Assembly (NCBI GenBank): GCA_040756235.1
Contig: JBFLZG010000133.1
Location: forward strand, 1 to 50,517
Length of the DNA stretch: 50,517 bases
Direction of reading: 5' to 3'
From: a bacterium
Lineage (GTDB): Bacteria; Desulfobacterota; DSWW01
The position numbers and the translations under genes are program-made. A model generated the notes under the pieces. It was not told the origin of the DNA, did not search any database, and worked only from the letters and a program-made list of their open reading frames with translations. This document shows positions 47,094 through 50,517 of the stretch, piece by piece (the stretch's first letter is position 1; each line of letters opens with the position of its first letter).

Positions 47094-47166
47094 TCCGCCT
47101 CTGTTTGCGCATGGACGAGGCCATTTCCCAAGTAGTCATGAACGGCTCGAAGCGGGATGGGTCACC

Positions 47167-47982
47167 ATGAACATGCTGCAAGCGGTTCTGCTCGGTATCA
47201 TCGAAGGGCTCACCGAGTACCTCCCCGTGAGCTCGACGGGGCATCTGCTCCTGGCGCAGCGCGCGATGGGCCTTCCCGAGGGCGATGCCGCTGACGCCTA
47301 TGCGATCTGCATTCAGGGAGGGGCCATTCTGGCGGTCCTCGGGCTGTATGCCCCTCGTCTGAAGCAGATGATCCTGGGGGTCCTGGGCCGCAACGGCGAC
47401 GGCGCCAGGCTGGCGCGGAACCTGCTCCTGGCCTTCCTGCCCGCAGCGGTGGTGGGCGTGCTCCTGGGCGACGCCATCCGCGCCCACCTCTTCGGGCTGC
47501 CGCCCATCATAGCGGCCTGGCTCGCAGGCGGAGGGGTGATCCTCCTGGTTGCCCGGCAGCCGAGGTTCCGCTCTGAAGGCGGGGGGACGGACCTCCCCGC
47601 CCTTTCGGTCCAGGGCGCTCTGCTGATCGGCGCGGTCCAGTGCCTTGCCATGTGGCCCGGCACCAGCCGCAGCCTGGTCACGATCCTGGCCGCCGTGCTG
47701 GCCGGCCTTTCCCTGGCCGCCGCCGTGGAGTTCTCTTTTCTGCTCGGGGTGCTGACCCTGGTCGCGGCGACCTTGTGGACCGCCTTGAAGATCGGTCCGG
47801 CCATGGCCGCGGCTTACGATTGGAAGGTTCTCCTGGCGGGCTTCCTGGTCGCCTGGCTCAGCGCGGTCGCCGCCGTGCGGTGGATGGTGGGCTATCTCAA
47901 CCGCCACGACCTTTCGATCTTCGGCTACTGGCGGATCGGCCTGGGCCTGGCCACCCTCGTTTGGATCCTTTATCCGACTTGA
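47167..47982 (+). CDS. uppP: Undecaprenyl-diphosphate phosphatase
   Basis: LGIIEGLTEYLPVSSTGH, PGTSRS, EFSFLL; highly hydrophobic. Confidence 0.95.
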   Translation: MNMLQAVLLGIIEGLTEYLPVSSTGHLLLAQRAMGLPEGDAADAYAICIQGGAILAVLGLYAPRLKQMILGVLGRNGDGARLARNLLLAFLPAAVVGVLLGDAIRAHLFGLPPIIAAWLAGGGVILLVARQPRFRSEGGGTDLPALSVQGALLIGAVQCLAMWPGTSRSLVTILAAVLAGLSLAAAVEFSFLLGVLTLVAATLWTALKIGPAMAAAYDWKVLLAGFLVAWLSAVAAVRWMVGYLNRHDLSIFGYWRIGLGLATLVWILYPT

Positions 47983-48027
47983 TTGCCCGACACGAGCTCG
48001 CTCGGGCCCCGCGCCGCGCTGCTCCCG

Positions 48028-48057
48028 TTGACCCGCCTGCGCGTGCTTGGGTATAGT
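48028..48057 (+). promoter_or_regulatory. Putative sigma70 promoter
   Basis: TTGACC-18-TATAGT upstream of the GNAT gene. Confidence 0.5.
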
Positions 48058-48131
48058 CCGGTTATATACAAGCAGTTGCGATCAGCCTGTTGGCACACTC
48101 GCGCGACAGGGTCCCAGGCCCGGAGGTCCCG

Positions 48132-49265
48132 ATGTCTTCTCAGGTCGAAATCAGGCGAGTCGACAGCAAGAAGATGATGAAGGAATTCATCCTTCTCCCC
48201 TGGACCCTGCGGATCTATGAGAACGACCCTTGCTGGATCCCGCCCGTCATCCACGATCAGAAGAGCTTCTTCAACCCCAAGAAGGGCTACTTCTTCGAAA
48301 TCGGAGAGGTGGAGTTCCTGATGGCGTACCGGGACGGCAAGCCCGTGGGGCGGATCACGGCCCATGTGAACCACCTCTATGAAAAGAAATACGACAACGA
48401 CACCGGCTTCTTCGGCTTTTACGAGTCGATCGACGACGTGGAGGTGGCGCGGGCCCTGTTCGACGCGGCCGCGGAGTGGCTACGGGGGAAGCAGAAGAAA
48501 GTCATGAACGGGCCGCAGAGCTTCTCGGTCTACGATTCGGTCGGCTTCGAGGTGGCCGGGCTGGACGTGACCCCGGTCATCGGCCTGCTCCATTTCGCTC
48601 CCTACTACAAGGACTTGGCTGTTGCCTGCGGCTTCCGCAAGTGCATCGACTGGCACTGTTTCCTGGTGCGGGACCTCCAGGAATACAGGCCCTACCTGAA
48701 GGAGGTCCGTGAGTCGTACATGAAGGGGCAGAACGTCGTGTACAAGACCCTCGACTGGAAGGAGTGGAAGGGCCGAGCCAAGGATCTCCACACGATCTTC
48801 AACGCCGCGTGGGAAGGCAACTGGGGCCATCTGCCCCTTACCGACAAGCAGTTCGAGATGTTCGTGAAGGAGCTCAAGCAGATCGTCATCCCCGAGCTCC
48901 TCATCTTCGCGGAGAAGGACGGAAAGACGATCGGCTTCATCGTCTCCGTACCCGACGCGAACGTGGCCTTGCAGATCCTGAACGGCAGGCTTTATCCGTG
49001 GAGGCTCCTGAAGGCCCTCCGGTCGGTGAAGAAGGTGAAGAGGCTCCGCACCATCATCATGGGGGTGCTGCCCGAATACCGGGGCCAGAAGATCGACGAC
49101 GTCTTCTACATGCGCACCATCGAGGACGGCACGGGGATGGGATATACGGAATCGGACTGCTCTCTGATCGTCGAGACGAACAAGAAGATGATCAGCGCCC
49201 TCAAGCCGATCAAAGGCGAGTCGTACAAGACCTATCGCATCTTCGAGCGAGAGATCCGATCCTGA
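48132..49265 (+). CDS. GNAT-fold N-acetyltransferase family (YghO-like) protein
   Basis: PCWIPP, GRITAHV, GFFGFYES, NAAWEGNWGH, MGVLPEYRG, KTYRIFE; GGAGG RBS. Confidence 0.8.
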   Translation: MSSQVEIRRVDSKKMMKEFILLPWTLRIYENDPCWIPPVIHDQKSFFNPKKGYFFEIGEVEFLMAYRDGKPVGRITAHVNHLYEKKYDNDTGFFGFYESIDDVEVARALFDAAAEWLRGKQKKVMNGPQSFSVYDSVGFEVAGLDVTPVIGLLHFAPYYKDLAVACGFRKCIDWHCFLVRDLQEYRPYLKEVRESYMKGQNVVYKTLDWKEWKGRAKDLHTIFNAAWEGNWGHLPLTDKQFEMFVKELKQIVIPELLIFAEKDGKTIGFIVSVPDANVALQILNGRLYPWRLLKALRSVKKVKRLRTIIMGVLPEYRGQKIDDVFYMRTIEDGTGMGYTESDCSLIVETNKKMISALKPIKGESYKTYRIFEREIRS

Positions 49266-49376
49266 TGCGGCCGGCGGAGCGCCACCATCCATCGCACCTC
49301 CGGCGCCCGGCTCCTCCCTGTCTCAGATGACCTCCGGGCCCCAAGAAGCCTTCCCACCCTTCCGAAACATCTATCT

Positions 49377-49535
49377 AGAGCCTGTCCCAAAACGCCCATC
49401 TGCGGCGTTGCGCTCATGGCGGCGTAAGGCCCGGGGAGCCTGCCCCGGCGAAGGCCGGGGTCCACTGTGACTCCCGTTACGCCCATTCCTCGGGATTTTG
49501 CGCGCCTTGCATCTGGGCATTTTTGAACAGGCTCT
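49377..49535. mobile_element. MITE family B copy in reverse orientation
   Basis: TIRs AGAGCCTGTCCCAAAACGCCCA/TGGGCATTTTTGAACAGGCTCT; reverse complement resembles 40242-40400. Confidence 0.82.
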
Positions 49536-49688
49536 CAAGATAGAGCTTGTGGGACAAGCCCTATCTATTCAGTAACAGCTCGATCAGAGGCGCGAGCCAT
49601 GGCTGTTCGTGCCTCCGAAGCGGAGACCGGTCGGCCCCCGTTGTGCCCGGGCGGCTCGCGGGGACCTCAGGAAAGGAGGTGTCTGCAA

Positions 49689-50201
49689 GTGGCGGAAGTC
49701 GAGACCGTGCGTGTCCTGCAAGTCCACCAGGACCTCGTGCATCAACGCCGCGAGTGGATCTTCGAGCGAATCGGGTGGCTCCTGATGGGTTTGCTGATCT
49801 TGGGAGGCCTGGCCGGGCTTTCGGGGCCGGGTCCCCTCAGCCATGCCACCACCGGGGATCCGGGCTCCTCCGTCTGGGCCGAGTACAATCGGTTCGAGCG
49901 CAAGCAGGCGCCCGCCATTCTCAAAGTCCATGTCGCCACAGGGGTTGCCTCCGGCGACACGGTCCGGCTGTGGATCGACCGCAAGTTCATCGAGAAGATC
50001 GAAATCCGTCACATGGACCCGGAGCCCCGGGCCGTGCTGGCGGGCACGGACCGCATGACCTTTGTCATCGGCGTGACGGATGCAGGCAGCGAAACCCTGG
50101 TGACCTGCCATTTCGAACCGAACGAGCACGGCCCCCTGCCGGCACGGCTCGGTCTGGAAGGAGCGCGGGAGCTTCGTTTCTCTCAGTTCATCTATCCATG
50201 A
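49689..50201 (+). CDS. Hypothetical membrane-anchored protein of a type I associate with DUF421 genes
   Basis: AAGGAGGT RBS then GTG; REWIFERIGW..GLSGPGPLS..QFIYP. Confidence 0.7.
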   Translation: MAEVETVRVLQVHQDLVHQRREWIFERIGWLLMGLLILGGLAGLSGPGPLSHATTGDPGSSVWAEYNRFERKQAPAILKVHVATGVASGDTVRLWIDRKFIEKIEIRHMDPEPRAVLAGTDRMTFVIGVTDAGSETLVTCHFEPNEHGPLPARLGLEGARELRFSQFIYP

Positions 50202-50226
50202 GGGCCGCGCTCGAGAGGAGAAGAGC

Positions 50227-50274
50227 ATGGACTCCGTCGTGCGAGCAGCGATCGTATATCTGTTCCTGTTCCTG
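50227..50274 (+). pseudogene. Truncated DUF421/YetF-like gene start
   Basis: GAGGAG RBS and MDSVVRAAIVYLFLFL, after which the frame runs into a family-C repeat (50283-50332) and loses similarity. Confidence 0.6.
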
Positions 50275-50517
50275 GGAGGAGTCAGGGTGAGGGGAAAACC
50301 TCGCAGGCGCGCCGGATCCGCACCTCACCCTGACCGCGGAACGTGCGTTCGACCCTCGGACAAACCTGTTGCCCCGAGAACGGCCTAGCTCTGCCCATTA
50401 CCCGTAAGTTCTTCATGGGGAAGATCCGCGGTCATCTCTGAGCGCGAACCCTTCGCACATGAGGTGCAACTGTGTGTACCCTTGCCACATGAGTTGATGG
50501 CCGGGAGGCGGATCGGA

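Noticed and set aside
1..50517. Autonomous transposase, integrase, tRNA or rRNA
   Set aside because: No DDE, HUH or recombinase ORF and no cloverleaf or rRNA-like sequence was recognised; any enzyme mobilising the MITEs must be encoded elsewhere.

Overview
GC-rich bacterial chromosomal segment. Its gene content suggests an anaerobic deltaproteobacterium/Desulfobacterota-like organism (inference only). From left to right it holds: (1) the 5' half of an E. coli-type complex I operon on the minus strand (nuoA-[CBS gene]-nuoB-nuoCD-nuoE-nuoF-nuoG); (2) an orphan PAS/HisKA_3 sensor kinase and a cysteine desulfurase; (3) an ECF42-type sigma factor with two DGPF/YciI genes and a DUF1428 gene; (4) maeB, an Smr gene and an Nth lacking the Fe-S motif; (5) a 1017-aa secreted protein with four ~118-aa repeats; (6) an AidB-like acyl-CoA dehydrogenase and an isobutyryl-CoA-mutase-like large subunit; (7) a POTRA-less Omp85, a PvdQ-like acylase and an AT-richer 3D-domain island; (8) an ~11.5-kb redox cluster (radical SAM maturase, AOR, MoaD, BamC-like Fe-S, BamD/HdrD-like, HdrA, FlxDCBA); (9) uppP, a GNAT gene and a truncated DUF421 gene. 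The best candidate for an undescribed system is the redox cluster, which couples a canonical tungsten aldehyde oxidoreductase to benzoyl-CoA-reductase-type BamC/BamD adaptors and an HdrA-Flx module. The second is a nested set of at least three MITE families and several REP-like hairpins. One MITE family inserts into the 4-nt loop of REP hairpins with a 4-bp duplication, and the other two abut stop codons. No transposase, CRISPR array, rRNA or tRNA was seen. Family assignments come from motif recognition, not database searches.
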